Shown here piece by piece: positions 5,525 to 13,255 of a DNA stretch of 13,840 nucleotides. The notes under the pieces are model-generated. The model was given only the letters and a program-made list of their open reading frames with translations. It had not been told where the DNA came from and did no database searches. The stretch spans positions 1-13,840 of the forward strand of contig JAGLPV010000011.1 in NCBI GenBank assembly GCA_023137195.1, in the 5' to 3' direction. The translations under genes were made by a program, and so were the position numbers. The stretch is from Candidatus Aenigmatarchaeota archaeon (GTDB lineage: Archaea > EX4484-52). How positions within the stretch are numbered: position 1 is the first letter of the stretch; the number at the start of each line of letters is the position of its first letter.

Positions 5525-8044
5525 ATGGCTTATTCATACATAAAAAAAATTAGTCTGGAAGGTTTTAAATCATTCCGGCATAAGACCGACATCCTTTTTG
5601 AGCCGGGTTTTAATGCAATAGTAGGACCAAACGGCAGTGGAAAATCAAACCTTCTCGATGCATGCGTTTTTGTTTTCGGTTTTCCATCACGACTTTTAAG
5701 AGCATCAAAAATGGAAAATCTTCTGTTCAAGGGAGGCGAAAAAAAGAAGAAGACAAGATTCTGTTGCGTTGAAGTCGAGATTATGAAGACTCTTGAAGAC
5801 GGAGGTCATGAGGAAATATTAATCTCCAGGAAAATCAATCCACAGGGAGTTTCATATTATAGATTAAATAACAAAGGTGTATCAAAAGCAGAGATAGACA
5901 AGGTTCTGGGCGATGCAAACATAAAGCCCAAGGGAGAGAACATTATACAGCAGGGAGATATTACAAACGTGCTTAAAGTCCGCCCAAGAGAGCGGAGGGA
6001 AATCATAGACGAGGTTGCAGGAATCCACGATTTCAACGAGAAAAAGATAAAGGCATTCGCCGAGCTGGAGATTGCAGATAGAAATTTAGAAGGAGTCGCA
6101 ATAGCCCATGCCCAGAAAAAAGAATACTATGAAAAGATAAAAGAAGAAAAAGAGCTTGCCTTAAATTACAGGAAAATAGAAGATGAGGTCAGGCAGTTAA
6201 GATTAACCTTAGTCTACTCCAATCTAAAAGGAGCAGAAGAAGAGCTGGAATCAATAGATCAGAATCTCGAGATAAAAAAGCAGGAAATTCAGATACTTAC
6301 AAAAGAAATAGAAGAATATGACGCTAAAATAATAGAGCGCGAAGAGGCGTTAGAAAGAAGAGAAGAAAGAGTAATTACTGACCTCGACACAGAAAACACC
6401 GACCTGAAAAATACAGAAGCGCAGATTAATGAATTAAGTGTAAAGATAACAAGAAGAGAGACAGAGATAGAATCAAAACAGAGCAGGATAGACGATTTAG
6501 AGGAATTAAAGGCACGCGCCGAGAAAAATTCAGCAGATTCATCAAAAATGACAGGATCTTACGCAGTCAGGACAGTATTAGAGAGCAGAATAAAAGGAAT
6601 AATTAATGTCATAAGCCAGTTGTATTCCTGCGATGAAAAATACGCAACAGCAATTTATGTTGCCCTTGGAGGACACATGAACGATGTTGTTGTCCAAAAC
6701 GAGGACACCGCAATCAAGTGCATTGATTTTTTGAAAAAAAACAGTCTCGGCAGAGTAAGGTTTTTGCCATTAAGCAGGATAAACATGTTTTCCGTCGGAG
6801 GCAAAGCCCAGATGTCATCGCAGATGCCCGGCGTCATTGATTTTGCAAAGAACCTCTGCTCTTTTGATGACAAGCATGATATTGTTTTCAGCCACATTTT
6901 AAGAGATATATTGGTGGTAGAAGATGCCACCAATGCAAAGATGCTCAAAGGAATAAGATGCGTAACGCTCGAAGGAGACTTGTTCGAAGCAGGAGGAGCA
7001 ATAGTAGGAGGAAAAATAAAGATAAATGCCGCCGCTGTCAAATCAACCCAGGTAAAAAAAGAATCAGAGGATTACGACAAAAAAATAAATCTTCTTGAAA
7101 AAGAGATTCAGGAGCACGAGAAAGAACTAAACGACTTAAGAACATTGCTGTCAGAAAAAGAAAAAGAAGCAATGTCCCTGGACAAGCAGAACAACATGAA
7201 GGAATTTTACGAGGAAAAAAAGCGCCATGGGCATGATATTGACGAGTTAAAATTCAAAAAAAAAGAAGCTTATGAAAACCGGGTTGAAATGGAAAAAGAA
7301 GTAAGCAACCTATCTATGAGAAAAATAAGGATGGGAACAGATATTGAAAATTTTAAGATAGACTATAATACTTATGATGAAAGCCAGATGGAAAACATAG
7401 AAAAGGAATCTCCTCTAAAACTAAAGAGAAAAATAAGAGAACTTGAATTGCAGCTGGAAAAGATAGGCATGGTAAATCTAAGAGCAATAGACGAATGCGA
7501 GATTTACGAAAAGGAATTCGCAGAACTCAACACCAGGCTGGATAAATTAAAAGAAGAAAAGCAGATGATTGTAGACAACATAAACATGCTTGAAGTAAAG
7601 AGAAAATCCCTGTTCTTTGAGTCGCTCAGAAATATTTCAGATGAATTCAACAAGATATTTACCCGTATGATGGAAGACGGAGAAGCACACCTGGAATTAG
7701 AAAAAGAAGATGATATAGACAGCGGTCTTTTGCTAAAGACAAAATTAAAAAATGTAGAGCGGGACATTGACGCACTATCCGGCGGAGAAAAGACAATGAC
7801 TGCCTTTGCATTTTTATTTGCAATTCTAAGATACAAACCTTCCTTGTTCTACATTCTCGATGAGATAGATGCAGCACTCGACAAGGAAAACGCCGAGAAA
7901 ATATCTACTTTAATCAACAGCACAAAAGACACCCAGTTCCTGCTAATCTCCCACAACGAATACACAGTAAGAAATGCAGACCGGGTTTACGGCATTTCAA
8001 TGCAGGACAACGAGAGTAAAATTTTCAGCATAAAATTAGAATAA
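5525..8044 (+). CDS. smc: Chromosome segregation protein SMC, short-armed (839 aa)
   Basis: Walker A GPNGSGKS, Q-loop IIQQGDI, hinge motifs (ALGG, GRVRFLPL, VTLEGDLFEAGGAIVGG), signature LSGGEK, Walker B/D-loop ILDEIDAALD, H-loop ISHN. Confidence 0.95.
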   Translation: MAYSYIKKISLEGFKSFRHKTDILFEPGFNAIVGPNGSGKSNLLDACVFVFGFPSRLLRASKMENLLFKGGEKKKKTRFCCVEVEIMKTLEDGGHEEILISRKINPQGVSYYRLNNKGVSKAEIDKVLGDANIKPKGENIIQQGDITNVLKVRPRERREIIDEVAGIHDFNEKKIKAFAELEIADRNLEGVAIAHAQKKEYYEKIKEEKELALNYRKIEDEVRQLRLTLVYSNLKGAEEELESIDQNLEIKKQEIQILTKEIEEYDAKIIEREEALERREERVITDLDTENTDLKNTEAQINELSVKITRRETEIESKQSRIDDLEELKARAEKNSADSSKMTGSYAVRTVLESRIKGIINVISQLYSCDEKYATAIYVALGGHMNDVVVQNEDTAIKCIDFLKKNSLGRVRFLPLSRINMFSVGGKAQMSSQMPGVIDFAKNLCSFDDKHDIVFSHILRDILVVEDATNAKMLKGIRCVTLEGDLFEAGGAIVGGKIKINAAAVKSTQVKKESEDYDKKINLLEKEIQEHEKELNDLRTLLSEKEKEAMSLDKQNNMKEFYEEKKRHGHDIDELKFKKKEAYENRVEMEKEVSNLSMRKIRMGTDIENFKIDYNTYDESQMENIEKESPLKLKRKIRELELQLEKIGMVNLRAIDECEIYEKEFAELNTRLDKLKEEKQMIVDNINMLEVKRKSLFFESLRNISDEFNKIFTRMMEDGEAHLELEKEDDIDSGLLLKTKLKNVERDIDALSGGEKTMTAFAFLFAILRYKPSLFYILDEIDAALDKENAEKISTLINSTKDTQFLLISHNEYTVRNADRVYGISMQDNESKIFSIKLE

Positions 8045-8045
8045 C

Positions 8046-8501
8046 ATGGAAATCAGTAAAATCATAATAGCATCAGACCATGCTGGTTTTGAATTAAAAG
8101 AACACTTGAAATTCACATTAAAAGACAAACAAATAAATGTAGTTGATATAGGAACAGACAGTACAGAATCATGCAATTACCCCATCTTTGCAAAAAAATT
8201 ATGCAATGAAGTTTTATCAAACAATTGTTTTGGCATTTTAATCTGCGGCACAGGAATCGGCATGAGTATGACCGCAAACAGGTTCAACAAAATCAGGGCG
8301 ACTTTATGCACCTCAAAGCAAATGGCCCAACTATCAAGACAGCACAATAATGCAAATGTGTTGTGTATCGGAGCAAGGATTACAGGCAAAAAAGATGCAG
8401 AAGAGATTGTCAATACTTTTTTAAACACTGATTTTGACACAAGCAACAAGAGGCATAAAAACAGGATAGCGATGTTTGACTATATCACGGCACAAAAGTA
8501 A
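8046..8501 (+). CDS. rpiB: Ribose-5-phosphate isomerase B
   Basis: IASDHAGFELK, catalytic ICGTGIGMSMTAN, SRQHNNANVLCIGAR, RH..R. Starts 1 nt after the smc stop. Confidence 0.95.
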   Translation: MEISKIIIASDHAGFELKEHLKFTLKDKQINVVDIGTDSTESCNYPIFAKKLCNEVLSNNCFGILICGTGIGMSMTANRFNKIRATLCTSKQMAQLSRQHNNANVLCIGARITGKKDAEEIVNTFLNTDFDTSNKRHKNRIAMFDYITAQK

Positions 8502-8585
8502 GGCAAGTATTGTGGCGTGATATACGAGCAAAACACATAATGCTATCTAATACCAATTAAATTTTAGGTTATTATGTGTTTTGTT

Positions 8586-9071
8586 CTAATCATAAGGATT
8601 GGAAGAAGTGCACAACGTATCGCTCAAATCCTCAAAATCACAACAAGCTCCGCCAAGTTCGCATATGGTTATCTGGTTTTGGCAATTAGATATTTTTTTA
8701 GATATGCATATTTTTTCTGCATTAACATCCGCCTCCACAATAATATTTTTATTTATGGGCTTAATCGAACGCGTGTGGCTCACACCACCACTACAAAAAA
8801 TAGGAACATTGCATTCAACAGAGACATTATCTTTCCTGAGCATCACTTCAAAACTATCCGGCACATTCATCACCTTAACTCCTTCTTCAACTGTATTTAA
8901 ATAAAGTAAAGAATTTCTTATTTCTATTGTCTTTGCTTCTGCTATTCTTCTGTAATCAGAACTAAAATTTAAATTAAGTATATTGCTTGTTGCCATAAAA
9001 ATTAGCAATCCCATTAATACACCAACAATCATCATTATGGCCATTTCATTCATAGCTTTTCGTTTTTTCAT
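8586..9071 (-). CDS. Type IV pilin-like protein with class III signal peptide, Cys-rich C-terminus
   Basis: MKKRKA|MNEMAIMMIVGVLMGLLIFM (basic leader, KA, hydrophobic helix); eight Cys in the globular part; possible own TATA (TTTATAA, 9092-9098). Confidence 0.75.
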   Translation of the reverse strand: MKKRKAMNEMAIMMIVGVLMGLLIFMATSNILNLNFSSDYRRIAEAKTIEIRNSLLYLNTVEEGVKVMNVPDSFEVMLRKDNVSVECNVPIFCSGGVSHTRSIKPINKNIIVEADVNAEKICISKKISNCQNQITICELGGACCDFEDLSDTLCTSSNPYD

Positions 9072-9113
9072 AATATTAAAACATATATTAATTATAAATA
9101 CTTGACTAAGCGC

Positions 9114-9335
9114 TTAGGTGGCAACACTAAACAATGCTTCTATACATGCCATTCTACTACTATATTCACTTCCCTTCATACAGATTCCAATATTTTCTAA
9201 ATTATCTATAATATTAAAAATAGTGGCAGTTGAATCATCCACAAGCATAACCACAATGAACAATGCAATTAAAACAAGAATGAATCCCGTCACAAAACCA
9301 AGAACAATTTGCGTTTGAGCTTTCCTCCCATCCAT
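9114..9335 (-). CDS. Small type IV pilin-like protein (class III signal peptide)
   Basis: MDGRKA|QTQIVLGFVTGFILVLIALFIVVML, a typical archaeal KAQ prepilin motif; one Cys pair. Confidence 0.75.
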   Translation of the reverse strand: MDGRKAQTQIVLGFVTGFILVLIALFIVVMLVDDSTATIFNIIDNLENIGICMKGSEYSSRMACIEALFSVAT

Positions 9336-9347
9336 ATTACCTGTTCT

Positions 9348-9599
9348 TTAATCCCCTCTAACATCCAGTATCTCTCTACATTCTTTCCCTTCACACGTTC
9401 CCTCAATATCCAATATACATTGAGAAAGACATTTTTCACGTAGTTGTAGTTGTGATTCATTGAACATAATCATAGTATTGTTTATTGCTGTTTTTCCTGT
9501 ATCTGTTGTATTTGACATAATATAAATTAATCCTCCAACAACAGCAAGACACAATATAACTACAATAACAATTGTAACACCAAGCGCTTTTTTTACCAT
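9348..9599 (-). CDS. Small pilin-like protein (class III signal-like N-terminus, 4 C-terminal Cys)
   Basis: MVKKA|LGVTIVIVVILCLAVVGGLIYIM. ATG abuts the upstream TAG (TAGATG), with GAGGGAG upstream. Confidence 0.7.
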   Translation of the reverse strand: MVKKALGVTIVIVVILCLAVVGGLIYIMSNTTDTGKTAINNTMIMFNESQLQLREKCLSQCILDIEGTCEGKECREILDVRGD

Positions 9600-11012
9600 C
9601 TAAATCTCCCTCTCTGGTTTTGTTTTCACATCAAGGTAGCCCTGTATTATGTAGTCATATTTTGCTTTTGCAGTAAACCTGTAAGGCTCCATTATATTAA
9701 CTTCCGGGGCATCCAAAGTACACCGGATTTCCGAGGTCTTACTTTTATATATATCCAGTTTATTTAAATATATCTTGTTTTCGCCCTCATCATCTTTATT
9801 CATCGAATCTTTTATCTCCAGCAGGTTTCCGTTATTTCTAAAGTCGCAGAAATATTCATTTAATTCACTCAATGGAAGCCCTGTTCTCCCGAAGATGTCA
9901 GAAGGGTTTTTGTTTACGTCCAAAGACAACGTCTTGATATGACCATATCCCGCGCCTTTATTAGAAACAATCAGCTTAATCGTCCATCTGTTCCTTTCTT
10001 CATCATCCGTTCCTGTGCTTGATTCTATTGGTTGTTTTGTAGTAGGCTCTATTTCTATTGACATAGGTCCAAATGTCCTGACAGTATTTCCTTTCATGCT
10101 CATCTCTTTATCAGTAATCGATTTTTGGATAATTTCAAGAGGATTTGCAAAATAAATATGGCTTTCGCTTTTTGCTTCTGCGCTGTATTTTACATTGAAG
10201 TGAAACCTGCAGGGTTGCATAAGACCGGAAGTATCATCGTTGCTCGGAGCTTTTATTTTCCATACAAGTTCAATACTGTCTTTTGGCTCAAGCAATATTT
10301 GTCTCCCTACAATGACAGATTGCGCATATTTTGTATCTTTTTTTCCAATAGTTTCTGTTTTTATATCTCCCTCAAACAAGGAGATTCTATAGTTAGGAAA
10401 TACGTTGAAATCTTTTATGCCATACAGGCTCCCGCAATATTGTGCAAGAACAGAAGATGCAATAAATTTAGAGCTGTCCTCTGGAGGAAGAATGCTATCA
10501 ATTGCAAGTTCTTCTTTCGTTTTATTCTCCAACTCATAAGGCTCAGTTGTATATCTGCCATTTATCAAAGTGATATTCTCTTCTTCGCTAATATCATAGA
10601 GTATCTCTGTCCTGTCAGGCGCAATAAGAGTTACTTGTTCTCCACTTGATTCCATGAGATATTCCGCATAATTCATTACATTCGCATCTGTGCCATCCCA
10701 TGAGAACCAGCTGTTCCCTTCACGAAATATCCTCTCAGTTCCATCTCCGGAAATCCACAGCAGGTATTTTTTTATTTTTCTTTCTTCAAGCACCATTTGA
10801 GCAGGGCTGTGCCCGGTATTAGTAACCCTCAATCTGATTTGAGCAATATCATTAGTGTTTAGCAGGTTGGATGGATAGATATTCAAATAATCCACATAAA
10901 GAAGATCTGTTGTTCTTACCGGTTCGTCACATCCTGAAATAAAAACAACCAACGCAATCAGGACAAACAAACCATATCTTTTGAAAGAATGGTTATTTTT
11001 ACAACTATACAT
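9600..11012 (-). CDS. 470-aa putative lipoprotein with beta-rich (Ig-like?) extracellular domains; first gene of the pilin-like cluster
   Basis: KR-YGLFVLIALVVFISGC archaeal lipobox-like signal; strand-like motifs IRLRVTNTG and IKLIVSNKG; paired Cys. Confidence 0.8.
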   Translation of the reverse strand: MYSCKNNHSFKRYGLFVLIALVVFISGCDEPVRTTDLLYVDYLNIYPSNLLNTNDIAQIRLRVTNTGHSPAQMVLEERKIKKYLLWISGDGTERIFREGNSWFSWDGTDANVMNYAEYLMESSGEQVTLIAPDRTEILYDISEEENITLINGRYTTEPYELENKTKEELAIDSILPPEDSSKFIASSVLAQYCGSLYGIKDFNVFPNYRISLFEGDIKTETIGKKDTKYAQSVIVGRQILLEPKDSIELVWKIKAPSNDDTSGLMQPCRFHFNVKYSAEAKSESHIYFANPLEIIQKSITDKEMSMKGNTVRTFGPMSIEIEPTTKQPIESSTGTDDEERNRWTIKLIVSNKGAGYGHIKTLSLDVNKNPSDIFGRTGLPLSELNEYFCDFRNNGNLLEIKDSMNKDDEGENKIYLNKLDIYKSKTSEIRCTLDAPEVNIMEPYRFTAKAKYDYIIQGYLDVKTKPEREI

Positions 11013-11054
11013 AATACTCTTTTAACTTACAATATACTAATATAATAAGAAAAA

Positions 11055-11062
11055 TATATAAA
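11055..11062 (-). promoter_or_regulatory. TATA box (TTTATATA) upstream of the lipoprotein/pilin cluster
   Basis: 43-50 nt upstream of ATG 11012; the same 12-mer context (plus-strand atatataaatat) occurs at 4891-4902. Confidence 0.45.
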
Positions 11063-11158
11063 TATGCCTCTATTCTTAGGCATTCTTTTTCCCCTTATGC
11101 ATAAACTCTTATTTTGTGTATAAGTTTAGACACTTATCAAAAATTCTCTACGCTACAA

Positions 11159-11296
11159 TCATTTTGCAGAATTTTTTCTTAGTTTCATTTCATGTTTTGT
11201 TCTCAGTTTTATCATTTTATTTATCCTGTTTATTTCTTTCACATTCCCGAGTTCAAACATCTGCTGTTTCATCAACACTAATGTATCCATATCCAT
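11159..11296 (-). CDS. Small basic hypothetical protein, 45 aa (not in ORF track)
   Basis: MDMDTLVLMKQQMFELGNVKEINRINKMIKLRTKHEMKLRKNSAK*; strong SD GAGGGGTGA (11302-11310) 5 nt before ATG; TATA TTTATATA at 11387-11394. Confidence 0.65.
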   Translation of the reverse strand: MDMDTLVLMKQQMFELGNVKEINRINKMIKLRTKHEMKLRKNSAK

Positions 11297-11432
11297 TTTA
11301 TTCACCCCTCTTTTTAAGTTAAGTCAATCTCTTATCTTCTGCTTACTGACCTGATGCCAGCACGCTTAACTATTTAACAGGAAAACTATATAAAGATTTC
11401 CTTTCGTTTTCACCGGTATTTTAAGAAGAATA

Positions 11433-12092
11433 TTAGTTTTCAGCAATCATTCGCGCGTCACAGGCGATTGCTCGTTTTTCATTTACAAACACAGGATTCA
11501 AATCAAATTCAGTTATGTTTTCCGCCTCAAACATTTTGGATGCATTTAAAATCAATTTAATCAGTTTTTGTTTGTTTGTCTTTATATTCCTGAAATTATC
11601 CAGGATTTTTTTTGATTTTATTTCAGAAATCATGTATTCCACATCTTTTTTAGCCAGAGGAACAAGGCGAAAAGATACATCCTCTAAAACCTCTACAAAA
11701 ACGCCGCCCAGACCAAACATAATCACTTTTCCAAACTGGGAATCTGTTTTCCCCCCGACAATAACTTCAATGCCGCCGACAGTCTCCTCCACAAGGATGC
11801 CATCAATTATTGGCTTATTTTCATTTCCCTGGGACAGCCAGTAATCATTTGCATTGGATAAAATCTTTGCATATTCTGTCTCAAGAGTATGCATATCTCT
11901 GATATTCGCAGATACGCAATTTGCATCTGTTTTATGAAGAATATCCGGCGACATGACTTTCATTACAACGGGGTATTTTATTTTTTTTGCAAACCGGCAT
12001 GCAGAGAGTACATCTTTGGCAAGAAAATGCTTTGGCGTATCAATATCATATTTTTTCAAAAGTTTGTAACTCTCATACTCGGTTAGTTTCAT
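11433..12092 (-). CDS. acdB: Acetate/acyl-CoA ligase (ADP-forming) beta subunit, ATP-grasp domain
   Basis: LTEYESYKLLKKY, YPVVMKVMSPDILHKTD, EVIVGGKTDSQFGKVIMFGLGGVFVEVLEDVSFR, EFDLNPV, DAR. Confidence 0.9.
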   Translation of the reverse strand: MKLTEYESYKLLKKYDIDTPKHFLAKDVLSACRFAKKIKYPVVMKVMSPDILHKTDANCVSANIRDMHTLETEYAKILSNANDYWLSQGNENKPIIDGILVEETVGGIEVIVGGKTDSQFGKVIMFGLGGVFVEVLEDVSFRLVPLAKKDVEYMISEIKSKKILDNFRNIKTNKQKLIKLILNASKMFEAENITEFDLNPVFVNEKRAIACDARMIAEN

Positions 12093-12114
12093 ACTATTAA
12101 TAACAAACTAAAAC

Positions 12115-12124
12115 TATTTAAAAA
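12115..12124. promoter_or_regulatory. Candidate bidirectional TATA element between acdB and spt4
   Basis: TTTAAATA (minus, 12115-12122) and TTTAAAAA (plus, 12117-12124) overlap in the middle of a 51-bp divergent gap. Confidence 0.5.
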
Positions 12125-12143
12125 AAACGGTATTATAATAAGC

Positions 12144-12332
12144 ATGTTAAGAGCATGTTCAATTTGCAGGAGACTGACCGAGAAAAGAGAATGCGACGTA
12201 TGCAAAAACAAAGATTTGAGTGAGGAATGGAGTGGGCTTGTTGTAATAGCAAATCCAAAGGAAAGCATGATTTCGCAGAAACTCGACATCCAGACATCGG
12301 GCATGTACGCTCAATACGTAAGAAGCCTATAA
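12144..12332 (+). CDS. spt4: Transcription elongation factor Spt4 (RpoE'')
   Basis: RACxxC...CxxC zinc ribbon, LSEEWSGLVVIANP.ES.I, G.YA..VR; upstream of S24e as in the conserved archaeal operon. Confidence 0.93.
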   Translation: MLRACSICRRLTEKRECDVCKNKDLSEEWSGLVVIANPKESMISQKLDIQTSGMYAQYVRSL

Positions 12333-12341
12333 GTGATTAAA

Positions 12342-12674
12342 ATGAAATTAATGAAAATAGAAGAAAAAGACAATAAGTTGCTCAACAGGAAAGAACTTGT
12401 CTATGAAATCCAGACAGATGGTCCTACAAGCAAAAAGCAGGATGTAATAGATGAGATTGCAAAACAGGAAAAAAAAGACAAGGAGCAGATAGTTGTAATA
12501 ATAATAAAACAGGCATTTGGAAGGACAAAATGCTATGCAACTGCTTATATTTATGATTCAAAAGACAATGTATTAAAGAAACAAAAACACAAGAAAGGAC
12601 CTAAACCCGGGGAAAAACGCGAAGGCGGGGAAAACGCTTCTGAAGGCAACGAAGAGAAAAAAGAAGGCAATTAA
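12342..12674 (+). CDS. rps24e: 30S ribosomal protein S24e
   Basis: N.LLNRKEL, GPTSKKQDV, IKQAFG...ATAYIYDS with a charged tail; SD-like GTGA 5 nt before ATG 12342. Confidence 0.9.
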   Translation: MKLMKIEEKDNKLLNRKELVYEIQTDGPTSKKQDVIDEIAKQEKKDKEQIVVIIIKQAFGRTKCYATAYIYDSKDNVLKKQKHKKGPKPGEKREGGENASEGNEEKKEGN

Positions 12675-12693
12675 ATTTAAATAAGGTGGAATT

Positions 12694-12885
12694 ATCGCAA
12701 AAAAAGCAAAAAGTAAATCAAAGCACAAGAAAGTAGATATTTCAAAAAAATATGAAGTATCTGACAACAAACTGACAAGAAAGTTTAAAAAATGTCCAAA
12801 ATGCAGGAATGTTCTTGCAGACATGAAAGACAGGTATTATTGCGGATACTGCAGATATACAGAGATTCTCAAAAAGAAAGAGTAA
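12694..12885 (+). CDS. rps27ae: 30S ribosomal protein S27ae with an apparent non-canonical ATC start
   Basis: Translation (I/M)AKKAKSKSKHKKVDISKKYEVSDNKLTRKFKKCPKCRNVLADMKDRYYCGYCRYTEILKKKE* carries the S27ae CPKC...CGxC.YTE finger; follows S24e; SD AGGTGG 12684-12689. Confidence 0.92.
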   Translation: MAKKAKSKSKHKKVDISKKYEVSDNKLTRKFKKCPKCRNVLADMKDRYYCGYCRYTEILKKKE

Positions 12886-12891
12886 TTGATT

Positions 12892-13023
12892 ATGGCTGGC
12901 TTAATAAGGTTAGGTCTAAGAGAAATAATAAGTATAGTGATGGTAGTTATAGCAGTTATTCTCTTGGGTCATATGGTTGTTGAATATTTGGGTTTTGGTT
13001 TTTCGGATATAGTGGTTGAGTGA
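12892..13023 (+). CDS. Small single-TM protein, 43 aa, possibly pilin-like (not in ORF track)
   Basis: MAGLIRLGLREIISIVMVVIAVILLGHMVVEYLGFGFSDIVVE*; starts 6 nt after the S27ae stop. Confidence 0.6.
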   Translation: MAGLIRLGLREIISIVMVVIAVILLGHMVVEYLGFGFSDIVVE

Positions 13024-13134
13024 AGTCAAGTCAAAATAGTAATTTTCAATAAGATTTTTGAAGAGATGGATGCTCACTCGGAATTTGCTCTTTATTCACA
13101 ATATACGGCAAATTCATTGTTCTTAATCCAAATA

Positions 13135-13216
13135 CGTCAGGAGAGGGATTCGAACCCCCGTGGGAGAACCCACTGGTTTTCAAGACCAGCGCACTACCAG
13201 GCTGTGCGATCCTGAC
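13135..13216 (-). tRNA. tRNA-Ser (anticodon UGA), 82 nt, intronless, CCA not encoded
   Basis: GTCAGGA/TCCTGAC acceptor with discriminator G; D stem GCAC/GTGC; anticodon arm CTGGT-CTTGAAA-ACCAG; variable arm TGGG-TTCT-CCCA; T arm GGGGG-TTCGAAT-CCCTC; TATA-like TTTTATAA at 13238-13245. Confidence 0.97.
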
Positions 13217-13255
13217 ATATTAAAATAGAAGGAGTAATTATAAAAACTTATAAAT

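Noticed and set aside
8506-8543. Imperfect stem-loop between convergent rpiB and pilin-like genes as an ncRNA or SECIS
   Set aside because: Only a 9-bp stem with two G-U pairs; no recognisable family motif and no in-frame UGA nearby. At most a terminator-associated structure.
11116-11322. 68-aa plus-strand hydrophobic ORF
   Set aside because: Antisense shadow of the A-rich 45-aa gene, which has the SD and TATA support.
2118-12824. Remaining antisense/overlapping ORFs in the track (e.g. 2118-2513, 3823-4107, 6655-7041, 7504-7836, 10125-10649, 11515-11844, 12573-12824)
   Set aside because: They lie opposite well-supported genes, have shadow-type F/S/L/I-rich composition and show no motifs.
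12792-12983. 63-aa ORF from the track
   Set aside because: Out-of-frame overlap with S27ae and the 43-aa membrane ORF.
13081-13115. 8-bp inverted repeat downstream of tRNA-Ser as an integration (att) site
   Set aside because: No duplicated tRNA 3' end or integrase seen in the window.
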